From Rhodococcus sacchari (GTDB lineage Bacteria > Actinomycetota > Actinomycetes > Mycobacteriales > Mycobacteriaceae): a stretch of DNA of 32,000 nt. The stretch is taken from positions 2,504,668-2,536,667 of the forward strand of contig NZ_CP107551.1 of the NCBI RefSeq assembly GCF_025837095.1, written 5' to 3'. The notes under the pieces are model-generated. The model did not search any database. It saw nothing but the letters and a program-made list of their open reading frames with translations, and was not told the DNA's origin. A program made the position numbers and the translations under genes. Below, in pieces: positions 1 through 9,692 of the stretch (its first letter is position 1; the number at the start of each line of letters is the position of its first letter).

Positions 1-294
1 GGCGACGACGACGAGGTCGCCCTCGGCGAAGTTGCGGGCACCGCACACGATGCCGCGCGGCTCGGCCTCACCGACGTCGACCTTGCAGAAGCGGATGGGC
101 TTCTTGAACTCGGTGAGTTCGGTGATCTCCACGACCCGGCCGACGACGAGGTTGTCGATGCGGGCGAGGGTCTCGATGTCCTCGACCTCGAGTCCGACCC
201 GGACGAATCCCGCGTCGAGTTCCTCGGCGGTGACGCTCCACTCCGGGGTGGTGCGCTGCAGGATCTCGGTCAGCCAGGACTGCGCTACTCGCAC
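1..294 (-). CDS. pheT: phenylalanine--tRNA ligase beta subunit, N-terminal part (3' end lies beyond the left window edge)
   Basis: Minus-strand frame from GTG at 294 reads VRVAQSWLTEILQRTTPEWSVTAEELDAGFVRVGLEVEDIETLARIDNLVVGRVVEITELTEFKKPIRFCKVDVGEAEPRGIVCGARNFAEGDLVVVA, a typical PheT N-terminus with tRNA-binding domain. Lies directly downstream of pheS. Absent from the ORF track because no stop lies inside the window. Confidence 0.9.
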   Translation of the reverse strand, partial: MRVAQSWLTEILQRTTPEWSVTAEELDAGFVRVGLEVEDIETLARIDNLVVGRVVEITELTEFKKPIRFCKVDVGEAEPRGIVCGARNFAEGDLVVVA

Positions 295-343
295 TTGTGC
301 TCAGCTCTTTCGTTCGGTCGTCGGTCGGTGGGGTCGGTGTCGG

Positions 344-382
344 GAGGCGGTGCCGTGAGGCGGTGCCGTGAGGCGGTGCCGG
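344..382. repeat. 13-bp tandem repeat x3 (gaggcggtgccgt) in the pheS-pheT spacer
   Basis: Direct reading: gaggcggtgccgt at 344-356 and 357-369, gaggcggtgccgg at 370-382. Preceded by a (tcgg)-rich low-complexity stretch at 311-343. Confidence 0.9.
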
Positions 383-396
383 AACGGTGGGCGCGG

Positions 397-2365
<1,969 letters not shown>

Positions 2366-2403
2366 GGGTCGTTCCTGGGTGTTGTCGTCGCTCAGGGCAG
2401 CAC

Positions 2404-2784
2404 TCAGGCAGCCGGGGCGTTGACGTCGGCCGGCAGCGCGGCCTTGGCGACGGCCACCAGGCCGGCGAAGGCCTGCGGGTCGGTCACGGCCAGGTCGGCG
2501 AGGTTCTTGCGGTCGACCTCGACACCGGCGGCCTTCAGGCCCTGGATGAAGCGGTTGTAGGTGATGTCGTTGGCGCGGGCCGCGGCGTTGATGCGGCTGA
2601 TCCACAGCTTGCGGAAATCACCCTTGCGGGCGCGACGGTCGCGGTAGGCGTAGGTCAGCGAGTGAAGCTGCTGCTCCTTGGCCTTGCGGTACAGGCGCGA
2701 GCGCTGCCCGCGGTAGCCCTTCGAGGCCTCGAGAATCGAACGACGCTTCTTCTGGGCGTTGACGGCCCTCTTCACGCGTGCCAC
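2404..2784 (-). CDS. rplT: 50S ribosomal protein L20
   Basis: [71 protein letters not shown] is unmistakably L20. GTG start. Confidence 0.97.
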   Translation of the reverse strand: MARVKRAVNAQKKRRSILEASKGYRGQRSRLYRKAKEQQLHSLTYAYRDRRARKGDFRKLWISRINAAARANDITYNRFIQGLKAAGVEVDRKNLADLAVTDPQAFAGLVAVAKAALPADVNAPAA

Positions 2785-2853
2785 TGGTTATGTCCTGTCA
2801 GAGTTCGGGGGACGACGTGTGCTGTGTCCCCGGGGCGGATCGGTCGGGAAGGC

Positions 2854-3048
2854 TCAGAGCCCGAGCAGGCGCTTGACGCGGGGGGCGTCGACGTCGGCGA
2901 CGACGGCCTTGCCGTCCAGGCGACGCGTCACGCGGGAGGACTTGTGCTCGAGCAGGTGGCGGCGACCCGCCTTCTGGCGCAGGATCTTCCCGCTGCCGGA
3001 CACCTTGAATCGCTTCGCGGTGCCGCTGTGGGTCTTCGACTTGGGCAT
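2854..3048 (-). CDS. rpmI: 50S ribosomal protein L35
   Basis: [44 protein letters not shown] is L35. Sits in the infC-rpmI-rplT operon order. Confidence 0.97.
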   Translation of the reverse strand: MPKSKTHSGTAKRFKVSGSGKILRQKAGRRHLLEHKSSRVTRRLDGKAVVADVDAPRVKRLLGL

Positions 3049-3119
3049 GGAGTCCTCAGTTCTTGTCGTGGGCGTACATCGGTGCTCGCATGCAGCACCG
3101 GGTGTGCTGCCGGAGCGGG

Positions 3120-3749
<630 letters not shown>

Positions 3750-3766
3750 GGGGCCTCCTAGGTAGA

Positions 3767-3793
3767 GCGGTGCGGTCGTTCTGACCGCACCGC
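3767..3793 (-). promoter_or_regulatory. GC-rich hairpin (11-bp perfect stem, 5-nt loop) in the infC 5' leader
   Basis: gcggtgcggtc (3767-3777) / gttct / gaccgcaccgc (3783-3793). On the infC strand it ends about 13 nt upstream of the AGGAGG. Function unknown. Confidence 0.4.
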
Positions 3794-4118
3794 AGCACGT
3801 GGCCCGATTCCTCGACAAGAAGACCCCGCCGTGGTACTCCACGCGGGGTCCGATACCGACCGGTCGACGGTGCACAGCCGGAACTGCACGACCCGTTCCA
3901 CCACCGTCGAGGTGGCGGACCCCGGACGCTCCCGTCCGGAGGACCGGACCCCTGAGCTGCATCGATGTGCCGCCAGAGGTGGGAGTCGGACTCCACTTGC
4001 TGCCCGCGACGGGTCGTCGCAGGCGGTCGTGAAGATCAGTCTAGCAAAAGGGCACGTCGACCACGAATCGGTGCACGTACACCCCACCCCGGCAGCCGGG
4101 CGACGCGGTGGTGATGGG

Positions 4119-4493
4119 ATGCTCGGAACCATGACGGACGCTCCCGAGACCCCCGATCAGGACGCTGCGCAGCCGGTGCGCGAACTCGCCGAGATCCCGG
4201 CGGTCGAGGTGATCAGCCGCGCCGCCGTGATGCTCATGAGCTCGGCCGCGGAGAAGCTCGGCCTCGCCGACGAGAATCCCGACGAGAGCCGGCACCGGGA
4301 TCTCGACGAGGCCCGCCGGGTGATCACCGCGCTCGCCGGCCTGATCACCTCGTCGGTGGAGTACCTCGGCCCGCACGCCGGTCCGTTGCGCGAGGGCCTG
4401 CAGGCGCTGCAGCGCGCCTTCCGTGAGGCCTCGGCGGTGCCGGACGAGCCGGGCAAGGGCCCGGGCGAGAAGTACACCGGCCCCGTCTACTGA
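4119..4493 (+). CDS. DUF1844-like conserved actinobacterial protein
   Basis: MLGTMTDAPETPDQDAAQPVRELAEIPAVEVISRAAVMLMSSAAEKLGLADENPDESRHRDLDEARRVITALAGLI...GEKYTGPVY. Family name is from memory of similar ~120-aa proteins near infC. The start could be ATG 4119 or ATG 4131. The track start at 3831 is over-extended into the infC leader. Confidence 0.7.
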   Translation: MLGTMTDAPETPDQDAAQPVRELAEIPAVEVISRAAVMLMSSAAEKLGLADENPDESRHRDLDEARRVITALAGLITSSVEYLGPHAGPLREGLQALQRAFREASAVPDEPGKGPGEKYTGPVY

Positions 4494-4497
4494 TCCC

Positions 4498-5397
4498 CTA
4501 CCGGCCGGGGTCGAGCATCGCCGCCGCGGTGGCACGATCGACCTCGGCACCGGTGGCCAGCGCGAACAGGCCGTAGCCGATCGGCGCGGCCTCCCACAGG
4601 TGTTGCGTCTGCGCCACCAGCCCCGGCCGGACCCGTCCCCCGGCGTCCACGTAGGCGTCGAGGGTGACCTGCAGCATCTCCGGTCCGGCCGCGCCGAACT
4701 GGATGACGAAATCGCGGGCCGGGTCGTCCACGCGTGCCGTCGTCCAGTCCAGCACCCCGGTGATCGCACCGTCCTCACCGAGCAGGACGTGCGCGGGATA
4801 GATCTCGCCGTGCGTCATCACGGTGCGGTCGGGCCAGCAGTCCTCGTCGGCGAGCCACGCGTCCCACGCCTCGACGAGCGCCGGGGCGACGGCGAAGGCG
4901 TCGCACACCCGGGCGATGTCCTCGGCCCAGGCCCGCCGCACCCGTTCGGGGTCGCGGACCTCCACTCCCCCGGCCGCGGCCTGCTCGGCGGTGATCGAGT
5001 GCAACCGCGCCAGCAGCCGACCCAGCCGGACCGCGTAGTCCGGGTCGGCCGGGTCCATACGCCAGTCTGGTTCACCGGCATCGGTGAGGACCAGACCGGG
5101 CGCGCCGGGCAGGGCCGGATAGGCGACGAGGTCGGCCGCGCGGACCTGCCAGTCCGGCACCGCGATCCCGTCGGCGGCGAGTACCGGGGCGACCAGGTCG
5201 AGGATGCGGATCTCGGCGGCCATGCCGTCGGTGACGTCGGGGCGGCGCGGCACCCGCAGCACCCACCGGCGACCCTCCCAGTCCGGGACCAGGATCACCC
5301 GGTAGTCCAGCCCGGCCTCGTTCACCACCGCGTGCTCGGCGGACAGGCGCAGCCCGTGCGCCGCGGCCAGGGCGAGGACATCGTCGATCGCGGTCAT
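4498..5397 (-). CDS. APH-fold phosphotransferase, macrolide 2'-phosphotransferase (Mph)-like
   Basis: 299 aa. Kinase catalytic-loop region THGEIYPAHVLLGEDGAITGVLDWTTARVDDPARDF matches the HGDxxxxH...DW...DP..D pattern of Mph/APH enzymes, with E in place of the usual D. ATG at 5397. Confidence 0.75.
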   Translation of the reverse strand: MTAIDDVLALAAAHGLRLSAEHAVVNEAGLDYRVILVPDWEGRRWVLRVPRRPDVTDGMAAEIRILDLVAPVLAADGIAVPDWQVRAADLVAYPALPGAPGLVLTDAGEPDWRMDPADPDYAVRLGRLLARLHSITAEQAAAGGVEVRDPERVRRAWAEDIARVCDAFAVAPALVEAWDAWLADEDCWPDRTVMTHGEIYPAHVLLGEDGAITGVLDWTTARVDDPARDFVIQFGAAGPEMLQVTLDAYVDAGGRVRPGLVAQTQHLWEAAPIGYGLFALATGAEVDRATAAAMLDPGR

Positions 5398-5440
5398 GCG
5401 ATCACCATGTCACCCACCCCGGCCCCGGAGCCACCGAATT

Positions 5441-5583
5441 ACCGGACGCGGTATCTCGGCTCGCGTCACCGACGCGGTGTCTCGGCTCGCGTCACCGACG
5501 CGGTGTCTCGGCTCGCGTCACCGACGCGGTGTCTCGGCTCGCGTCACCGACGCGGTGTCTCGGCTCGCGTCACCGACGCGGTG
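5441..5583. repeat. 26-bp tandem repeat array, about 5.5 copies (unit accgacgcggtgtctcggctcgcgtc)
   Basis: Variant copy at 5441-5467 (27 bp). Identical copies at 5468-5493, 5494-5519, 5520-5545 and 5546-5571. Half copy at 5572-5583. Each unit contains the mini-palindrome caccg-acg-cggtg. The array starts 3 nt from the uvrA stop codon (5587-5589). Confidence 0.95.
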
Positions 5584-5586
5584 CCG

Positions 5587-8523
5587 TCAGCTCGCGGCGG
5601 CGACCTTCTTCTTCGTCGTGCGGGTGGCCCGCTTGCGCGCCGGGGCACGCTTCGGTGCGGGGGTCTCCCGGCTGAGGATCTCGGCGAGGAAGCGGCCGGT
5701 GTAGCTCTCCTCCACCTCGACGACCTGCTCCGGGGTGCCCTGCGCGACCACCGTGCCACCACCGGAGCCACCCTCCGGACCCATGTCGATGATCCAGTCG
5801 GCGGTCTTGATCACGTCGAGGTTGTGCTCGATGACGATGACGGTGTTGCCCTTGTCGACCAGACCGTTGATCACGCCGAGCAGCTTGCGGATGTCGTCGA
5901 AGTGCAGGCCCGTGGTGGGCTCGTCGAGGATGTACGCGGTGCGGCCGTTGGACCGTTTCTGCAGCTCCGCGGCCAGCTTCACGCGCTGCGCCTCACCACC
6001 GGACAGGGTCGTGGCCGGCTGCCCGAGCCGCACGTAACCCAGCCCCACCTCGACGAGCGTGTTGAGGTAGCGGTGGATCGAGGTGACCGGCTGGAAGAAC
6101 TCCGCGGCCTCCTCGATGGACATGTCGAGCACCTCGGCGATGGTCTTGCCCTTGTAGTGGACCTCGAGGGTCTCGCGGTTGTAGCGGGCCCCGTGGCACA
6201 CCTCGCACGGCACGTACACATCGGGCAGGAAGTTCATCTCGATCTTCAGCGTGCCGTCGCCGGAGCATGCCTCGCAGCGACCACCCTTGACGTTGAAGGA
6301 GAACCGGCCCGGCTGGTAGCCGCGCACCTTCGCCTCGGTGGTCGACGCGAACAGGGTGCGGATCTTGTCGAACACACCGGTGTAGGTCGCGGGATTCGAG
6401 CGCGGGGTGCGGCCGATCGGCGACTGGTCGACCTGCACGAGCTTGTCGAGCTGGTCGAGCCCGTTCACGCGGGTGTGCCGGCCGGGCACCTGCCGCGCGC
6501 CGTTGAGCTTGTTCGCCATCACCGTGGCGAGGATGTCGTTGACCAGGGTGGACTTGCCCGAGCCGGACACCCCGGTGACACAGGTGAGTACCCCGAGCGG
6601 GAACGACACGTCGAGCTCGCGCAAGTTGTTCTCCCGGGCACCGACGACGGTGACCTGCCGCTTCGGGTCGATCGGGCGGCGGAGCTCCGGGATCGCGATC
6701 TCCTCGCGGCCGGACAGGTACGCGCCGGTCAGCGAGTCGGGATTGTCGAGCAGCTCCTTGTAGGTGCCGCTGTGCACGACCTGACCGCCGTGCTCCCCGG
6801 CGCGCGGTCCGATGTCGACCACCCAGTCGGAGGCGCGGACGGTGTCCTCGTCGTGTTCGACGACGATGAGGGTGTTGCCGAGATCCCGCAGCCGCGTGAG
6901 GGTGTCGATCAGGCGCCGGTTGTCGCGCTGGTGCAGGCCGATGGACGGCTCGTCGAGCACGTACAGCACGCCGACGAGACCCGACCCGATCTGGGTGGCG
7001 AGGCGGATGCGCTGGGCCTCGCCGCCGGAGAGGGTGCCCGCGGCGCGGGAGAGCGTCAGGTAGTCGAGGCCGACGTCGAGCAGGAAGCCGAGCCGGGCCT
7101 GGATCTCCTTGAGCACCTGGCCGGCGATCGCGGCCTCCCGGTGACCGAGCACGAGGCTGTCGAGGAATCGGGCGCAGTCGGCGATCGACAGCTCGCACAC
7201 CTCGGCGATCGACTTCGGACCGAAGTCGCCGGCGGAGACGGTCACCGACAGGATCTCGGGGCGCAGGCGGGCCCCGTTGCAGGCCGGGCACGGGATCTCC
7301 CGCATGTAGCCCTCGTAGCGTTCCTTCGCCTGGTCGGACTCGGCCTGCTCGAGGCGACGGTGCAGGAAGGGCATCACGCCCTCGAACTCGGCGTAGTACG
7401 AACGGACCCGGCCGTAGCGGTTCTTGTACCGCACGTGCACCTGCTCGGTGCTGCCCTCGAGCACGGCCTTGCGGACCTTCGCGGGCAGCTTCCGCCAGGG
7501 GGTGTCGATGTCGAAGCCCATGACGTCGGCGAGACCGGACAGCAACCGGCCGAAGTACTCGGCGCTCTGTCCCGACGACCACGGGGCGATCGCGCCGTCG
7601 GCCAGGCTCAGGTCAGGGTCGGGGACGACCAGTTCGGGGTCGACCTCCTTGCGGACGCCGAGACCGGTGCACTCGGGGCAGGCACCGTAGGGCGAGTTGA
7701 ACGAGAACGAGCGGGGCTCGAGCTCGTCGATCGATAGCGGGTGGGCGTTCGGGCACGCGAGCTTCTCGGAGAAACGGCGTTCGCGGTCGGGGGCGTCCTC
7801 GTCGCGGTCGACGAAGTCGAGGACCACGACCCCCTCGGCGAGGCGCAGCGCGGTCTCGATCGAGTCGGTGAGGCGCTGCTGCGCGCTGGCCTTGACCGCG
7901 AGGCGGTCGACGACCACCTCGATGTCGTGCTTCTCCTGCTTCTTCAGCTTCGGCGGATCCGTCAGCGGGTGGACGACGCCGTCGACGCGCACGCGGGAGT
8001 AGCCCTGCACGGTGAGCTGCTCGAACAGGTCGACGAACTCGCCCTTGCGGGTGCGCACCACCGGGGCGAGCACCTGGAAGCGGGCGCCCGGTTCCATCTC
8101 GAGCACCTGATCGACGATCTGCTGCGGCGTCTGCCGGGAGATCTTCTCGCCGCAGACCGGGCAGTGCGGGGTGCCGGCGCGGGCGTAGAGCAGGCGGAGG
8201 TAGTCGTAGACCTCGGTGATGGTGCCGACGGTGGACCGCGGGTTGCGGTTGGTCGACTTCTGGTCGATCGACACCGCGGGCGACAGGCCCTCGATGAAGT
8301 CGACGTCGGGCTTGTCCATCTGCCCGAGGAACTGGCGGGCGTAGGCCGACAGCGACTCGACGTAGCGGCGCTGCCCCTCGGCGAAGATCGTGTCGAAGGC
8401 CAGGCTCGACTTGCCGGAACCGGACAGGCCCGTGAAGACGATGAGACTGTCCCGCGGCAGATCCAGGTCGACTCCGCGCAGGTTGTGTTCCCGCGCACCA
8501 CGCACGATCAGGCGGTCTGCCAC
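5587..8523 (-). CDS. uvrA: excinuclease ABC subunit A
   Basis: 978 aa: [65 protein letters not shown]... Contains two ABC ATPase modules, zinc-finger cysteines ([24 protein letters not shown]...CEVCHG) and LSGGEAQR twice. GTG at 8523 is preceded by AAAGGA. Confidence 0.98.
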   Translation of the reverse strand: MADRLIVRGAREHNLRGVDLDLPRDSLIVFTGLSGSGKSSLAFDTIFAEGQRRYVESLSAYARQFLGQMDKPDVDFIEGLSPAVSIDQKSTNRNPRSTVGTITEVYDYLRLLYARAGTPHCPVCGEKISRQTPQQIVDQVLEMEPGARFQVLAPVVRTRKGEFVDLFEQLTVQGYSRVRVDGVVHPLTDPPKLKKQEKHDIEVVVDRLAVKASAQQRLTDSIETALRLAEGVVVLDFVDRDEDAPDRERRFSEKLACPNAHPLSIDELEPRSFSFNSPYGACPECTGLGVRKEVDPELVVPDPDLSLADGAIAPWSSGQSAEYFGRLLSGLADVMGFDIDTPWRKLPAKVRKAVLEGSTEQVHVRYKNRYGRVRSYYAEFEGVMPFLHRRLEQAESDQAKERYEGYMREIPCPACNGARLRPEILSVTVSAGDFGPKSIAEVCELSIADCARFLDSLVLGHREAAIAGQVLKEIQARLGFLLDVGLDYLTLSRAAGTLSGGEAQRIRLATQIGSGLVGVLYVLDEPSIGLHQRDNRRLIDTLTRLRDLGNTLIVVEHDEDTVRASDWVVDIGPRAGEHGGQVVHSGTYKELLDNPDSLTGAYLSGREEIAIPELRRPIDPKRQVTVVGARENNLRELDVSFPLGVLTCVTGVSGSGKSTLVNDILATVMANKLNGARQVPGRHTRVNGLDQLDKLVQVDQSPIGRTPRSNPATYTGVFDKIRTLFASTTEAKVRGYQPGRFSFNVKGGRCEACSGDGTLKIEMNFLPDVYVPCEVCHGARYNRETLEVHYKGKTIAEVLDMSIEEAAEFFQPVTSIHRYLNTLVEVGLGYVRLGQPATTLSGGEAQRVKLAAELQKRSNGRTAYILDEPTTGLHFDDIRKLLGVINGLVDKGNTVIVIEHNLDVIKTADWIIDMGPEGGSGGGTVVAQGTPEQVVEVEESYTGRFLAEILSRETPAPKRAPARKRATRTTKKKVAAAS

Positions 8524-8567
8524 GCGACATCCTTTCTGTAGACGGGGCCGGAGTTCGGCCCTCAGCC

Positions 8568-8589
8568 ATGGTAGGCGCGGGTACCGACA
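8568..8589 (-). promoter_or_regulatory. RecA-NDp / PafBC-type DNA-damage promoter motif upstream of uvrA
   Basis: Minus strand reads gTGTCGGTA-cccgcgcc-TACCAT, matching the mycobacterial RecA-independent promoter consensus tTGTCRgtg-N8-TAnnnT. The -10 element ends 44 nt upstream of the uvrA GTG. Confidence 0.6.
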
Positions 8590-8621
8590 CGTTCCCGGGT
8601 CGAGCGATGCCCCACCTCTCC

Positions 8622-8667
8622 CTCGCGCGCGGGCGCGCGGCCTGCCTCTCGCGCGCGGGCGCGCGGC
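8622..8667. repeat. 20-bp direct repeat x2 (ctcgcgcgcgggcgcgcggc) in the uvrA/MBL divergent region
   Basis: Identical copies at 8622-8641 and 8648-8667, 26 bp start-to-start. They lie just upstream of the putative -10 of the MBL gene. Confidence 0.85.
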
Positions 8668-8669
8668 GG

Positions 8670-8675
8670 TAGGTT
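8670..8675 (+). promoter_or_regulatory. candidate -10 hexamer TAGGTT giving a leaderless transcript for the MBL hydrolase gene
   Basis: TAGGTT (TAnnnT pattern) is followed by 6 nt (ggcggc) and then ATG at 8682. No Shine-Dalgarno is possible in that space. Confidence 0.45.
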
Positions 8676-8681
8676 GGCGGC

Positions 8682-9371
8682 ATGACGCAGCAGCCCGTGA
8701 TCATCGAGGACACCTACACCGGCGACGTCGCTCCCGGCGGCCCCGCGCAACGTCGGAGGATTCCCGGCGCGAGCATCGTCAAACTCGCCGTCGGACAGAT
8801 GAACAACAACGCCTACCTCGTCACCGACGACGCCACCGGCAAGTCCGTGTTCATCGACGCCGCAAACGAACCCGAGCGGCTCGTGCAGTTCCTCCGCGAC
8901 AACGCCCCCGGACTCGAGCTGATCGTGACCACCCACCAGCACTGGGACCACTGGCAGGGACTCGAGCAGGTGGCCGCCGCGACCGGCGTTCCCACCGCCG
9001 CCCATCCCCTCGACACCGACCCGCTGCCGGTGAAGCCGGATCGTCTCCTGAACGAGGGCGACGTCATCGAGATCGGTGAGCTGAATCTCGAGGTGATCCA
9101 CCTCGCAGGGCACACGCCGGGCTCGGTCGCGCTGGTCCTGACTGAGCAGGGCACCGGCCGGCACCACATCTTCACCGGCGACTCACTGTTCCCGGGCGGC
9201 GTCGGCAAGACGGCGGACGACGCGGCGTTCCGCTCACTGCTCGGCGACGTGGAGACCAAGATCTTCGGCCGCTTCGACGACGAGACCGTCTTCTACCCCG
9301 GCCACGGCAAGGACTCGACCCTCGGTGCCGAGCGCCCGCATCTCGGGGAGTGGCGCGAGCGGGGGTGGTGA
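8682..9371 (+). CDS. MBL-fold metallo-hydrolase (glyoxalase II-like; position equivalent to M. tuberculosis Rv1637c)
   Basis: 229 aa with the metal motif [13 protein letters not shown] (HxHxDH), plus later LAGHTPGS and [10 protein letters not shown]. Divergent from uvrA, as in mycobacteria. Confidence 0.9.
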   Translation: MTQQPVIIEDTYTGDVAPGGPAQRRRIPGASIVKLAVGQMNNNAYLVTDDATGKSVFIDAANEPERLVQFLRDNAPGLELIVTTHQHWDHWQGLEQVAAATGVPTAAHPLDTDPLPVKPDRLLNEGDVIEIGELNLEVIHLAGHTPGSVALVLTEQGTGRHHIFTGDSLFPGGVGKTADDAAFRSLLGDVETKIFGRFDDETVFYPGHGKDSTLGAERPHLGEWRERGW

Positions 9372-9385
9372 CGCAGCCGCGGAGA

Positions 9386-9470
9386 TCGGTGTCGTCGGGG
9401 TCGGTGTCGTCGGGGTCGGCGTCGGCGGGGTGAGCAGGTCGCCGTCGGGGTGCACCGGCCGTCGGGGTGC
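9386..9470. repeat. G-tract repeat region: 15-bp tandem x3 (tcggtgtcgtcgggg) followed by gccgtcggggtgc x2
   Basis: Tandem units at 9386-9400, 9401-9415 and 9416-9430 (third has 2 mismatches). gccgtcggggtgc at 9441-9453 and 9458-9470. This gives five GGGG runs on the + strand between the MBL stop and the PKS start. Confidence 0.85.
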
Positions 9471-9540
9471 GCGCCGGCCCGCGCGCAGGAATCTGCACCA
9501 CCGATGCACGGAACTCCGCTTCCGGAACAGGGGCCGCGGA

Positions 9541-9546
9541 TAGAAT
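9541..9546 (+). promoter_or_regulatory. candidate -10 hexamer TAGAAT upstream of the PKS gene
   Basis: TAGAAT lies in the locally AT-richer stretch ggaTAGAATcgaaatctgcg, 47 nt upstream of ATG 9594. No convincing -35 element was found. Confidence 0.3.
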
Positions 9547-9593
9547 CGAAATCTGCGACGGCTCGGGGGGCTTCCGGTTAGGGGCGATCTCGG

Positions 9594-9692
9594 ATGACCG
9601 ATCAAGCGACACTGCTCGACTACCTGAAGAGAGTGACCGCCGAGCTCTACCAGGTGAAAGAGAAGCTTCGCGAGTCCGAGGCCGTGCGTCAC
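9594..9692 (+). other. PKS N-terminal coiled-coil / docking-like segment
   Basis: [33 protein letters not shown] lies immediately before KS1. This heptad-like pattern is typical of N-termini of non-first PKS subunits. Confidence 0.6.

Noticed and set aside
3799-4032. 77-aa to 220-aa ORFs in the infC upstream region (3799..4032, 3831..4118 extension, 3739..3996, 3758..4132)
   Set aside because: They are mutually overlapping on both strands, Arg/Pro-rich and without ribosome-binding sites. The region is better explained as structured non-coding leader.
5441-5583. Possible CRISPR array
   Set aside because: The repeats are directly abutting with no spacers. The 26-bp units are identical, and no cas genes are in the window.
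4423-7737. 1104-aa plus-strand ORF overlapping the Mph-like gene, the repeat array and uvrA
   Set aside because: It is antisense to two well-supported genes and reads straight through the 26-bp non-triplet repeat. Composition is low-complexity R/G/V/D with no motifs.
8524-8681. LexA SOS box (TCGAAC-N4-GTTCGA) upstream of uvrA, and likewise at 29756-29833 for uvrB
   Set aside because: I read both spacers on both strands and found no such palindrome. The PafBC/RecA-NDp motif is present instead.
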